NCBI RefSeq assembly: GCF_964355755.1
Contig: NC_092679.1
Coordinates: forward strand, 5,176,201-5,240,200
Length of the DNA: 64,000 nt
Reading direction: 5' to 3'
DNA from: Antedon mediterranea
Taxonomy: Eukaryota; Animalia; Echinodermata
The notes under the pieces are model-generated. The model saw only the letters and a program-made list of their open reading frames with translations, had not been told where the DNA came from and searched no databases. Positions 40,856 to 54,307 of this stretch are shown one piece after another. Every line of letters begins with the position of its first letter. Within the stretch, counting starts at the first letter, position 1. A program made the translations under genes and the position numbers.

Positions 40856-41128
40856 GAAGGCTTCAGTTGATTACTGAAATGTGTTCTTTATATCTATACA
40901 TTTGTTCATAATGAAACACATTAATTACTGGACTTAGGCCTATTTCTTCAGAAGCCCGATACACAGCTTTTTCACATTTCGTAATATGTTAAGTAGTCGA
41001 ATATTCATTTCATCATTGTGTAATGTTTGTAACTGGTGAAACTTGAGTTTATTATTAGTTCGGAAAATAAAAAAAAAAGATACATTTTGTATCACATGCA
41101 TATCCCAATTCAAATAAGAAGTCGTATC

Positions 41129-41241
41129 CCCCTTTCACACAATCAAAACGTCAAAGTTTAACCACACGGGGTGCACACCACACAAAATTCCACCCGATGT
41201 TGTTTACACTGTCCGGAGTTTTCTAGTCGGTGTGAAAGGGG
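41129..41241. mobile_element. Short TIR element (MITE)
   Basis: Perfect 12-bp TIR CCCCTTTCACAC / GTGTGAAAGGGG; TSD unclear. Confidence 0.55.
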
Positions 41242-41891
41242 TTAAAGAATTAATATTAATGAATATGTGTAATGTTATTTGTTGCTTTATTTTACTTTTG
41301 CTTGAAAAATCACTTTTAAACAACATATTTTTACATCGATTTTCTGACATTTTATTTATAATTTGTTTTGAATAATACGTCAATATAAGCCTAGGTTATA
41401 ATCTGATTTTTATTTGATTAAATATATATAAGTAGTAATCGTTTGGCCTATATTATATAAATTTAATTAAGAATTGTTTCAGGATCGTATTGTTATATTT
41501 AATATTTTAAACATTTATACAAAGATATAATATAAGTTACATAAAAGAATTCACCGATAATATCGTTTGCGTCATAATCCAAGTCAACTGAAATGAGTGT
41601 TCAACCATTACACCGTAATCGGAAATGTTATTGTGCACACCGCCACCTATCGACAGTGAAAGTTTTCCTTATTGGTTCGAAGGCATTGTTCACGACGGCG
41701 ATCTGTTTGGTTTGAATGTTATTCCAGTGAGAATTAATTTATTTATGATAAATTAATAAACAAATCCAATTATTACAATTACTTTCATTGAATGTTTAAA
41801 GATTGTGGTCTTGTAGTATCCGTGTTACAGAACAATTTCTTTAATAGCATAAATAATTTATTTCTTTAAATGCTTCAAATGTTAGGCCTAA

Positions 41892-42072
41892 AGATGTTCT
41901 GTCTCTCAAAAACCTGAAAAATGAAGATCAAATCAGACTTGCTTTAAATTACACATTTTTTTCAGGAAAGTAATTTTTTTCGATCCAGTTTTTGGTCAAA
42001 ATGAATAACTATTATGTGACATTAAAATGGCATATTCAACAACAAAAAAATGTTTAGGGGGACAATATATCT
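41892..42072 (-). mobile_element. Kolobok-like MITE, deleted and diverged copy
   Basis: Reverse complement of 42785-43130 with an internal deletion; ends GGGGACAATATATCT|TTAA. Confidence 0.75.
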
Positions 42073-42784
42073 TTAACATTTGGGTCAAACGAATTCGTAA
42101 CGTTTGATACGTAAAGCATTATTTGTTTCCACCTGTTTCACGTTTAAAAAGATATACTTATCCCATCATTGTGGAAATGCTCATCAACGAGATAATAGCC
42201 AACGATTAAGATAAATAAGGTTGATACATTCATATTAATATTCCTAAATTGTTCATGATCATCTGTTGCAAAATACTCATTTGCTTGATCATTTTTTATA
42301 AATATTAATATAATTATTTATGTAAGATATAATGTTGTAATAATTGTTCAGTTGTCGTTCCAATAAACTGAACTAACCTGTAAAAATTTACTATACAATA
42401 CAGCAATTTCCGAATGCCTCAGGGTTGGATTGGATTGTTGTTGTCAAGTTTAGCTTTATCAAAAGACGTCATAACGATGTGTCTAATATAATAAGCAACT
42501 TCATTAGGAAAACAATGTGTAATCATATTTTGCTATATTTGTCTTTTTTTAATGAATCTACTAACATTCATACCAATTGTTATATAGTTGTATATTCCTA
42601 CAGTAATAGCACACGAAGTGTTGTATATTTTGTTGAGTAATAACATAGCATACGATAAAGAGTATCATTACTCATTAGTTTTACATTAGACTAGCTACGG
42701 TATGTAGAATGACGATAAGGAATTAAGTATATTTAAAAAAAAAACTGTAGGGCCTAAACTAAATTTTATAGGCTTACTATTAAA

Positions 42785-43130
42785 AGATGTATTGTCCCCC
42801 TGAAAAAATAATTCTTAACAAATTTTTTGCTGAATATGCCATTTTAATGTAACCTAATATTTATCCACTTTGACCAAAAATTGGATCGAAAAAAATGTAT
42901 TTACCTGAAAAAAAACGTACTTTAAAGCAAAAAATGGGCAAATTGGCTGCCAGCCATGGGTTTTTGGTTGAATTTAACCGTTTATTTTGTCATTTTATAA
43001 GTGAAACAACACATTTTTCCAGGTTTTTTTTCTACGACAGTGATTAACTTTATTAAAACTACAAAATAACACATTCAAAGTCTGATTTAATTAATCTTCA
43101 TTTTTCATGTTTTTTGGGGACAATACATCT
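42785..43130 (+). mobile_element. Kolobok-like MITE
   Basis: Perfect TIR AGATGTATTGTCCCC / GGGGACAATACATCT with AG..CT termini and TTAA-like flanks. Confidence 0.8.
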
Positions 43131-43370
43131 TTAAGAGTAAAAAGTATTTATTTTTTATATTCTACAGTAAAGAGTATTTCCTTATGTGTGGTGTAATAAA
43201 GAATGACAAAAATGCCACTACCACCAAAAAATATATATATTGTTCGAGTCTCGGTTGGGGCGACTTTTTCTCATTCTCCCAGATTTCCTCATCTTTATCG
43301 TTCCAAATATTAATTAAAAAATTTTCAGTGTATCACCGGGCGGTTTGGAATTTATTTCTATGCCTGTTGT

Positions 43371-43414
<44 letters not shown>

Positions 43415-43416
43415 TT

Positions 43417-43580
43417 TCACTGATGAAGGGCTAGTGTTGCCCGAAAGCTCTGCTAACTTTTCTGGCTGTTTACTTTATCGTTTTGATTTAGCTTTTCGCT
43501 TTTTATTTTTGTATCTCCATTGAGATCCAGCCACTGATACCCACAGCATTGTCATTTTTTTCAGTAATTTGCCTTTGGAT
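43417..43580 (+). mobile_element. Penelope-like pLTR fragment with a hammerhead core, between (TA)n tracts
   Basis: CTGATGA-A-GGGC-TAGTGTT-GCCC-GAAAGCTC at 43420-43450; (TA)n on both sides; same family as 56009-56580 (-). Confidence 0.7.
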
Positions 43581-43646
43581 CTATATATATATATATATAT
43601 ATATAAATCAAAGAGCTGCATAGGCCGGATATAGAAAAAAATCAAG

Positions 43647-43760
43647 ATCAAATAAGTTAAAACTGCCTCAATATAGATGTTTCGGGCACAGCCTGATGAT
43701 GGGCTATGCCCGAAACATGTAAAAATAAATCTATATTGAGGCTGTTTTAACGTATTTGAT
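43647..43760. mobile_element. Fold-back (inverted) Penelope-like pLTR fragment with a hammerhead core
   Basis: Arm ATCAAATAAGTTAAAACTGCCTCAATATAGATGTTTCGGGCACAGCC pairs with its near reverse complement. Core CTGATGA-T-GGGC-TAT-GCCC-GAAACATGTA at 43693-43721; followed by (TA)n. Confidence 0.65.
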
Positions 43761-43881
43761 ATATATATATATATATATATATATAATCATCATAATAGTC
43801 ACCGAACGAACTACTAAATACCTTTTAAATTATGACGTCATTAACGGTTCTTTAGAAATTACCGTATACCTATACAACTGA

Positions 43882-43945
43882 TGATATCATTATCGTTATC
43901 ACCATGATAATGATATCATTATCGTTATCACCATGATAATGATCA
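43882..43945. repeat. 29-bp direct duplication
   Basis: TGATATCATTATCGTTATCACCATGATAA at 43882 and 43911. Confidence 0.9.
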
Positions 43946-44029
43946 TCATATCCATGTTTAACACCAAATACAAATTCAACGCCTATTGTTTTTTTCACAA
44001 CGTCAAAAGAAAAATAAAATAAATAAAGT

Positions 44030-44441
44030 TGTGATGTGTAACGTGTCACTGTAATGACACCATGTGAAAATATAACGCATTCAAAGAGACCATCCTTACA
44101 TAAAAATTCGCGAATTTACAGCATCTTATTTCTCGTCGTATTAGACAACAGAGGCGCTTTTCTGTTATTCACCGTAATTGGTACTGTAAGTCAGCCAACC
44201 CATGCGCTAGATCTTTTGTTCATTACGCCACTGATTGGCAGAATTGACATTGATTGACATGGTCACTAAGGAAACGATATAACAAATTACCTGTAAGCCA
44301 ATCGAAGCCCATTTAGGCAACTAATGCAGTGAATGAGCCAAGTGATACTATGGGTTGTGTCATAGGCCTACCTGATAAAAACTGACACTTCTTTACTACG
44401 ACAGACACACCCCAGTGATACGTTGAAGTGGGACTAACTAG
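44030..44441 (+). promoter_or_regulatory. Six3/6 proximal promoter/5'UTR
   Basis: CCAAT boxes (ATTGG 44234-38, CCAAT 44298-302) and TGATAC SIX-type sites at 44343 and 44416; directly upstream of the ATG. TSS not determined. Confidence 0.55.
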
Positions 44442-45127
44442 ATGGTAGGAATGAGACTTTATCACGATAGCGTAGTAACCGCGCCACTTACTCAGCCCGC
44501 AGCAGTGAGTCTGAGTAACTACCTCCCGACCACCGCAGCCCCGATGATGTTCCCGATGCCTGCTTTCCCGACACTGAGCTTTTCTCCAAGCCAAATAGCT
44601 AGTGTTTGTGAGACTTTAGAAGAAAGTGGGGATACTGAGAGACTTGCAAGATTTTTGTGGTCTTTACCAGTAGCTCCAAGTACGTGTGAAGCATTAAGTA
44701 AACACGAAAGTGTTCTACGAGCCAGGGCCGTCGTTTCTTTTCATCATGGCAACTTCCGAGAACTTTATCATATTTTAGAAAATCACCGATTCACGAAAGA
44801 CTCTCATTCCAAATTACAAGCAATGTGGTTAGAAGCACATTATCAAGAAGCAGAAAAACTGAGAGGGAGACCGTTAGGACCAGTTGACAAATACAGAGTA
44901 CGAAAGAAGTTCCCCCTTCCTCGCACGATATGGGACGGTGAACAGAAAACACATTGTTTTAAGGAAAGAACAAGAAGTTTACTAAGAGAATGGTATCTAC
45001 AGGACCCTTATCCAAACCCCACTAAAAAGAGAGAATTAGCACATGCAACAGGACTCACACCGACACAAGTTGGAAACTGGTTCAAGAACAGGAGGCAGAG
45101 AGACAGAGCAGCGGCAGCAAAAAATAG
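44442..45127 (+). CDS. Six3/6: Six3/6 (optix-class) homeobox transcription factor, coding exon 1 (Six domain + homeodomain)
   Basis: Six domain ([45 protein letters not shown]), the Six3/6-diagnostic [10 protein letters not shown] and a K50 homeodomain ([17 protein letters not shown]); AG|GTAAG donor at 45127/45128, phase 2. Confidence 0.98.
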
Positions 45128-48100
45128 GTAAGAGTTCTAGGCCCACGAGGCTTTCTCTCCTTATATTCAGTTGTCAACACTCAAAAATCTTGTTGCAGGT
45201 CGCTTACCTCTCTGTTACCTAAACATACACGATTTTTGTTATTTTTAACCCTTTTGCTCCAGGCTGCAGTTTTCATTCACTATTGAATCTGTCAGTCCGG
45301 CTCCTAATATCAATGACTTTTATGTTTATACACATTTGTTATTTCCTGTAATGAGGAAACCGTAAGAAAATAGAAACCGGTATTTTGTTATTATCCTTCG
45401 ATTTACGAACAATATATTGGTACAAGTTTAGAAAAACTAAGTTCCTATAGTGATTGCTGTAATATCTTTGCTAGGCATTTCGCTCGGTTGATTTATATCC
45501 TGCAGCACTCAATGTTCCCTATTCTACCATTTCCTCTAGGAAGTAATGCCGTTTTATTAAGATAGTTAATTAACCACAAGTAATAATGTATAATAAACGA
45601 TTGAGATATTAACCTACATAACTTAAACATTTATATACATCAATTAATCTAATATTATATATTGAAAACGAAAAAAAAAAGATTTGTTTTAGTATTTCGA
45701 CAGAAACTGAAGAGCATTTGTTAAGTTTATACAGTAGGCCTACTAGTATATTTATTTGATACATTTTTACATTACAGCAAATTGACAAAATTCAATTTCA
45801 AATTTAGGCCTAAATAATTTTAATTTTGTAATGTAACCTAAAATATTGTGATAATTATAATTTAATATAGGCCTATAACAATAGATAGATTACAAATTTG
45901 TTTTTACATGTTTGCGTTAAAATATTTCCATTAAAAAAATGTGTTATAAACAATTCTAAATTTTACTATAAAACATTTACAAGCTGAAACTATATCACCA
46001 TTTAATTTCTAATAATTCAAAAATTCAAATAATCTAAGATACTCAACGTGTTGTTTTAACCAATCTATTGCAATAACGGTTCACTTTAGTTTGTTGTTTT
46101 AACTTACGTAGAGTCGTATTTGACAATTTACATGTCAATTGATCTTAATTGTAAGACCACGGGCTTAAGAGCGATTTAATACTCTACAACGTGTTAATTA
46201 TTACAACAAAATATTAAAATACAAAATAATATATTATAACATTTAAATTAGTTTTGTTTACCTTATCTATATTTTTATACTACTTTGATTTATATGAAAT
46301 ATATAGCATTGTAAATAACTAACATCAAACGTTACTAGTTTTAATGCAATAATATTACCGTATATCTGATACTATTTTAAATACACCGTATATATCTGAT
46401 ATCTAACACTAATATTTTAAATACTGTATTCATTCACCTTCTGCCGTGGCTGAAATATTTAAGAATGTATAGACATTGATTAATATTAATAATATAATAG
46501 GAAAATATTATCATTCAATTTTACATTTTTAGGCCAGGAAATTGAAATTGTGAACTAAAATGCAGAAACAAAAATATTAGTTAATAATTATTAATTTCAT
46601 CAGTAGGCTTATCATTAATTAAATTATTAAATAAGCAAATTTGTAAACATACGATACAAAATAGTATGCAGTATTCGCCTAGACGCTTTTCTGATGCTGT
46701 ACACTACTAGGCCTATTATGTTATCGCTTGTTCGCCGCCAAATATAAATCAATTGAACTCATCATTACTATACCACAACAAATCACAATTATGAAATAAA
46801 ACAATGAATTTATAAGCTACTAAAGACCACTATTAAAATTCGAATAATAATATCTCATAATTATATAATGGTATTTTTTATTTCGTTCATAACTAATTAA
46901 TAACTACCGGTACTATTTCGTAGCCAGTAATGTTTAGCCCGCTTCATATTGTAATTGTCTCCACATCGCGGAGCGGTGATAAGCGGTTCTGACGTAGATT
47001 ATTTCATTTACGGAATTCATTCATTAAAAATAATAAGTTATTATTCAATTTCACCCATTTTGCCTTAGAAGTCTTATCTTATTCATTATTTTGAATAACA
47101 AAACCGCGTATAGGCCTATCAGTATAGGCCTACATTGTTTATGTTTAAATAATATTTAGCACTGAATTCTTCATGTGCTCTAACTTATACAATCTATTTA
47201 ACTGTGCAAAACATGTTTTTTTGGTAAATATTTATTATATGGCCTAAGATTTAAATAAATTGGCATCAAACAATCGTTCATTCATAAATTACCGTATGTT
47301 CTAATTAGGAATACCTGCGTATCAATAAATAATCTATTTGAGTCTTGGTTGGGGCAAATTTACTACCGTATAATAATATTAGGCATACAATGCGTTAACG
47401 ATATTAATCAAAAGGCAAATTTGTTAACTTCCAAACTACAGCCTAGGCCTATATTAATAATATGAAATGGTACAACTGAGTCCTCAATTATGTATTTATC
47501 CATATTACTCTGCTTAGTATTGAACAATGTTGTCCATGCCGTACACGCTGGTTATTAATATCGGTATACCTTTTAAGACTCCCCGAGGGACTGGAAATCA
47601 CAAACACAATTGGTGATATTGCACCATTCAATATATAAAGAAGACCCGTTGATTATTAACTTAACGGAATATCCGTCAATTAAAAAGCATTTTAAATGAA
47701 CACACTTAACAATACATTCTAAATTCTCCTCTATTGTGGACACCAATTAGGTTTTTAAACCAAAATCTGATATATGATCACCATTATCATTGCAAAACTG
47801 TAATAGGTTGTCCCTGAAAGATGATAAAAGAGTCTCGCTATAGTTTTGTCTGTTTCAAATCCCAATCCATGGACTTCGTCAGAGTTATATCATTGCATGT
47901 CGACTATCGTATTATTCTTAGTATTAACGGATTAACCACGATCTGGGTATCTTGCACACAGGTATAGGTTTCTAGAAGACTACCCGCTATTTTTAATGTT
48001 TTTATTGAAAGTAAGACAGAATATATTCCAAATACTCGACTACTAAATGAACAATTATCCTCTGAATTGCATAATCGAGTTTGAATGGTTAATGTTTATG

Positions 48101-49250
48101 GGGTTGTACAACGCAAATACATACCGCATTATCACAGGCCTAACGTATACAAGCCTATTGAAAAGATAGGAAAATCGAAATTTATTGTATTGAAACAAAT
48201 CCAATATTTATAATTCCAAATTGCCACTCTATCAAAAATTCAAAGATTGTTAAAATACGCTTTAACGTTTATTATATGTTTTATATTCTGTGGAATGTAT
48301 TAATGTTTTAATTACCCATAATGCGTCTAACTAATTAGCACATTTCAGAATAATAGTACAGGTATTAAAAAAGCAGTTTCCAAAACATCATCCAATTTCA
48401 CTGCTTTTATGTTTTGTTGAGTTATTAGGCGTTTCATGAATAAATTCGTATTCAAATACTTGAATAATATACTTGGGATGAGGTATCGGGTTCAGGTGGT
48501 CTACAACTTGAGTTTGCTAATAAAGCAACGATTCTTAGAGAACAATAAAAACGATTCTAGATCTTGTTTGAAATTTGAGCTTTGTTCTATTTGCTGCAGC
48601 ATATGAGAAACCATATTACGCGCGTTGGAGATTGCCTCTAGCACGATTTACGCCGCTAATCCCGAGCATGTTGCGAATATAACGTTATCATTATCCGACC
48701 TGGCAATGTTTGTGCTTTTCAAGTATTATTTGAACTGTACATTTGGCTTATAACAACCAAGTAGCTGTTAATCAATGCATTAAGATATGTAATCCACTTC
48801 CAATCTCCAGTGAGAAAAATTAATAGCAATTCCAATGAATGATTATTGTTTTTGTTTGTTTCAAGCAGTTTCTCTGGGAAATCAAGGAATTATGTATATA
48901 TAATTGCGTGATTATGTCGATTTAAAATCTTTAATTGTGTTGTGTTAGTGTTATTGTTTGTATAGGAAAATCCGTTAAAGAAGTGTTTTGCCCCTAGCAT
49001 TTTGCACAAACGTTCGTACAATAGTATTTGTTGAATTGATGTCATAGACCAATCATGTTTGTTTAGAAACAAATTTCTATAACTGTGTTATTAGTAATTG
49101 CAATGTTAAAAGTATAGTGCTAAATTATCCATGGTTAGTACCGTAACTAAAGATATAGATTGTACGAAATACAATCATTCAATTAAATATTTATTGTCTC
49201 TATTTTAGTTTTCAAACATTAAATATAGGCCTATTTTTTGTGTTTTTTAG

Positions 49251-49419
49251 GTTGCAACAACACGGACTAGCATCGGCGCGCTCACCGCCAGGATCGCCTG
49301 ATTCGTTAGCAGACGGTACAACATCTTTACACAATCATCCACTAAATTCACCGCTCAGCTCACCGACGTCTTCTATTGACTTCTCTGTGCCTAGCGAACA
49401 TCGGGCTAAATTATTGTAA
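49251..49419 (+). CDS. Six3/6: Six3/6 coding exon 2 (Ser/Pro-rich C-terminus, stop)
   Basis: T-rich tract ending TAG|G restores the frame to give KNR-LQQH (cf. vertebrate SIX3 KNRLQHQ, SIX6 KNRLQQQ). Open for 55 codons to TAA at 49417-19; AATAAA at 49480. Confidence 0.9.
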
Positions 49420-52400
49420 ATGAACATTGAACAATTTAAATAGAAATTTAAGTCAAGTAAAACTTAAGACTTCAGAAAGAATAAAAAATATTTAAAGCTT
49501 TCATAAGGAAACTAAAATATTTTCCGTTCCTGCCAGTTCGAGGGAGTTTTTTTTTATTTAAAGAAATCTATCTCGCATTGTTTATATTGTGTATAAAAGC
49601 CTATTATTTTAGAGTTAATTATTTGTTTTATTAATGCTGTAAATATTATACATAAAGTCTATATTCCTAAATGATTTTTACTAAGTAAATTATGTTACAA
49701 CTCTCGTAATTCTAGATTACGATAAGTGTGCTACACTTAAATTAAAGAAAATACTGTAATGGTAAAAGTTACGAAATGTATATCTTGACCAATTTGAGAA
49801 ATGTAATGGTTATGTGTGTAGGGCCTACAATAAAAAATGTAATATATATATATATCTATTGGATCACTACTGGACAAGTCACACACATAAACATATGCCT
49901 ACTAAATAGACAATGTTTATGATTCACATTATTACAAACTTTAGCAATCTAAGTGATTACTACATGGTATAGTATCAGGGTCAATCACTTCAAAAATATA
50001 TTACAACAAATACAATTATCAACAATTATGTATAATTAGTTAAAACCACAGGGTGGTGACGTACCGGTATATGAATAGAAATACGACGATTGTGCATACT
50101 TGACGCTTGTGTATACCCAAGACGCTTGCGTAGACGCTAAGGCGCATTTGCGCGTCAACTTTCGTCATGTAACTAAAAACATGGATGATATATTATTATA
50201 TCAATGAAGATTTTATTTATATATTCCTGTAGGCCTATGTATTGTTTAATGTGAAGTACAGGTACAAGGGAAAATAAGAACGGCTTGGGTAAAAATAGAT
50301 AAACTCTATTTAATAATAAATAGAATATCTGAAGTGTAACAAAGCTAATAATATAAAGGTACAGGTTAGGATGTACGGCTTAAATTCAGCATGTTTTAAA
50401 TATGTCTAAGGCCAAAGATAATAAAAGGAGAAAATACAACAGTTTTTTTTACTATTTAGGCCTATATTCTTTGCTAAGGCGTAAAACTTGGGTTTGAATT
50501 AAAAATTCTGTAGGGTTAAATGCCACTGCAAATAGGCCTACAAAGCAGGCAAACAAAAGCTTTCACCGAAAACGGTAATTTTCATTATCATTAAATGATA
50601 ATAAATTATTTTAATTAGTGACAGTAATTTATTATTGTCAATAACGATGTACAGAAGTATATAATTGCTACAAATAAACACAAAATATTAAAAGTTATAA
50701 CTAATTTTCTGTTATTTTTTGTTGTTGCATTTGTATGAAGTAAGTGTAGAGAAGCGAAAAAGAAAAGCTGAACTAAGTAGAACACTGATACCTTAAAAGA
50801 AAAAGAAAAGAAAACACAAGTGGAAGAACGCACATGGACAATGAGTAGTTAAATAATTGGTAGGCCTAGAGTAGGTCAAGAGTAGGCCTAATAGTTGGTT
50901 CACATCAAAACGACGAATTACCATTTCTTTAGGAAAAACCCATGCTATATTATGAAACAAAAGATAACAACATTAACAGATACTATCAATAAAATAGTGT
51001 TGGTGAAATACTCGATAATTTCGAAAATAAGGTTTGTTATTTATTCAGCCGGTGTTAAAGACCTATGATGTATTATTCTCCATTGTTTGTTAAAGCCTTA
51101 TTTACTTGACCTGTTCTGTAGCAAAACGTTTTAAAATAAGTATGAATGTCCTAGAATAAAAGCCAGTCGGAAGTTTTCCTGTAAACATACGTTCAGTTCA
51201 GTATTATTTGCTCGTTCATTTAACTCTAAGCTGATGATTAAGCTAAATACAAATACGTTTTCAAACAGATTTCTATAGATATTGACTTAAACATTGAATG
51301 AATGCAGGCCTAGGCTGGGTTAAACCTCGACGCACCCCACATACGTATTCCCCCGTGGGGATGTTCACCAGCGTGACTTAGGGCTTTGTTGTTGCCTTTG
51401 GTTGTTGCCTTTGATTGGTGTTATTGACTTGGTAATGATGATGTTACCACAATCGTGTCACTATCTACATATGTCTGGATTTATTAATGAATGTAGACCA
51501 ATTTAGAAATGAGAGCAACGCTTAATTGTGTTTGTTTACAATGTGGTTTATTAGTCATATTTTGACACTTTGGAGGTTTTTACTTATTTTGTGGGGATGG
51601 CCTATGTCTGTTCTTAACTTGCATGCTATTTATAGATAGATGATACGGTAGATTACCGTTTTCGCTTACAGACCATGATTTGATTTTATAAAATACTATG
51701 ATATCAAAGAAAGAATACACATATCCGATTATTAGAATGAAAATTAACCTGCTTTTGTAAAATTGAGATACAAATTAAATATCTTAATATGAGTAATTAT
51801 TATTATTTTTTATTAAAGATACATTTTTAATAGGTAGGCTTAGAAAAGCTGACTGAAGGGGGAGGATCAATTCGTATCGAAATAACCAATCGAATTCGTA
51901 CAACCAAAACAACTTCATTTTCATCAACACAATAAGAATTTGATCAAACACATCTGCGACAACGGGGTCCCAACGGGACCAATAACAAATCCAAATTATT
52001 TTATAGGCCTATTAGGCTATATTATTATTATGAAACCAATTTATGTGACGTCACACATCATTAAAATACAATATTGATTAATCTATACAATATACAATAT
52101 ACAATGGAAATTGAATAATACTGTTATTAATATCATAAGTAGTTTGATACTGCTTATAATAATAAATAATGCTATAACGGGTGTATGTGAAATGGAAAAT
52201 ATTTCTTAATATATTTTCAAAATTATATAAATGGTTAAACAAAATTTAAGCTTCAGTATTGTAGTATATTGGAATTGAAAATTGAAAAATTCGTTGATCG
52301 TAGTTTGATTCGGGTTCTTCTTTAGTACAACAATCATCATCAGAACACTTTGCGGTATGGTAACGCATTCTCGGAGTGTAATCATTCGTGAGACAGGTCA

Positions 52401-54128
52401 TAAGAAGAATTCAATTTATAACGGACTATTACATACAAAGAAAACTCATTTCACAAACGTAGAATATTACTCATCTTAACTTTAACAACACCGATACTAT
52501 ACACGGTATAGTGGGCCTATTACAACTAAGAAACCAGCCAAAAGGGAAAGCTATGATTAGTATTCAAATATTTTTAGTTTGGATCATCCAAAAGAAAAAA
52601 ATATTTGAATACTATAGGCCTACATGGATCCAGATGAACCTTTTTACTATAGCTATCCAGAGGAACCGTTTTACTATAGCTATTGTAGTCATTATAGAGT
52701 TAATGATACAATTGTTGACATTCAGTTTAGAGTATAAAATAGACAAATAAGCTTAAATGAATAAAATGTTATAATTTCTACAGGTCTGTAGAATTCGCTG
52801 GCAAATGATTGGCTGTCGATTGATGTACGATCATAGAGATATTAATATCTATTTTTTATCATTTGATAGGCCTACTGGCTCAAGTTGAGATAACGCAAAA
52901 TACCAGATATTTAAAAATAAAACATACGGTACAGTACCTGTACCTTAAGACACGGAGGAGGCCTGTTTTGTTTCTGAAGCTTGGTAATGGTACCAATATA
53001 TCAAAACTAATACACTTTCATTATTAATATTAAGGAATATATTACAAACATGTATACAAAACGGATAGTATCGATCCTTATGGACAATTGTTCAAGAGAT
53101 CATCAAACTTTAATAAGAAAAACCTAAGATATCGAATGCCAGCTTAATAATTTATAAAATCGTTAGCAATTTATGATTATGATGCATCTAGAACCGGGTT
53201 AAGTGAGATTTCAATATTCGGACCGCCTAAAGTGAGACCGGGTCGTCTCAGGGCCGAATCGTCCCCGATTCGTTCAGACTTAACCCCTCCCCCACACGCT
53301 AATAGGAATCAACCAGAAGAGTTTTAACAATACTATTTGTATTGTTTTTATTCATTCAATAATTTTGTTACATTTCTGGGGATTGTTATTTTAGGGTTTT
53401 AAAAGAAACAATAGCGGATGAGTAGCAGCACAATACTACATTGAATAGAGTGTGGAATTCTGACTATGATCCACGGATAAATGTCATTAAAAGGCTTTCA
53501 CAAAAGCTGATATGTATTATTGTTTGATGTCAATTTACGCCTCTTTCAATGCACAGTAATGAAGCTTAGTGTTGTAACATTCAGCAAGTATTTCTATATA
53601 TGGTATTAGTGGGAGGTCTTTGAAAATACTTGTCAACTTGAAGTATCTATTTGTTTTAAACCACAACAAGACTTAGCTAATCAGCATAAATGATATAGGA
53701 TATTATACGTGTGAATGTTAGCCTTTTGTACAAGAATCTAATGAGTGTTGCTTTTCCAAATTAAATATCCTCGTTAAAAATGAATCGATCATTGAGTATT
53801 AATAACATATAATATACCTTATACTTTCGTTGTATACTACACTCGGTGTAAGGATGTATATACGACAGTTTGGTTCCAAGCTGAGTTTATTCTTTCCTGT
53901 AAAAATTAAAAGAACGAGTGTGATATGACGTCATAAGAATCTATTCATGGGAACTCAGCACTCGGTGATGAAATACTGAATTCAAATTAATAAAATAGAA
54001 GAACATCACAAATATATTACAATAATACAAATGTCATTATACTAAGACCCATGAATTCGATGGTAGACTCACAAATTCGATGGCTTGGTATGGTTATTAT
54101 AATATACTGTACTGGTATAGGCCCATGA

Positions 54129-54307
54129 AGCTTGGTTCCCACTAGAACGTAACGCAAGGACGTAAACGCAACGCAAGCGTTTTAACCAATGACAAGCGAA
54201 GTTACAGACGGTTAGCTATCACAAGCGAATAAGCCATCGCTTGTGATTGGTCAATCCACTTGCGTTGCGTTACGTCCTTGTATTACGTTGCTAGTGGGAA
54301 CCACGCT
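54129..54307 (-). mobile_element. PIF/Harbinger-type MITE, copy 2
   Basis: Reverse-orientation copy of 17323-17515; flanks tga/tta. Confidence 0.9.

Noticed and set aside
44313-44594. 93-aa ORF antisense to Six3/6 exon 1
   Set aside because: Shadow ORF of a GC-richer coding region.
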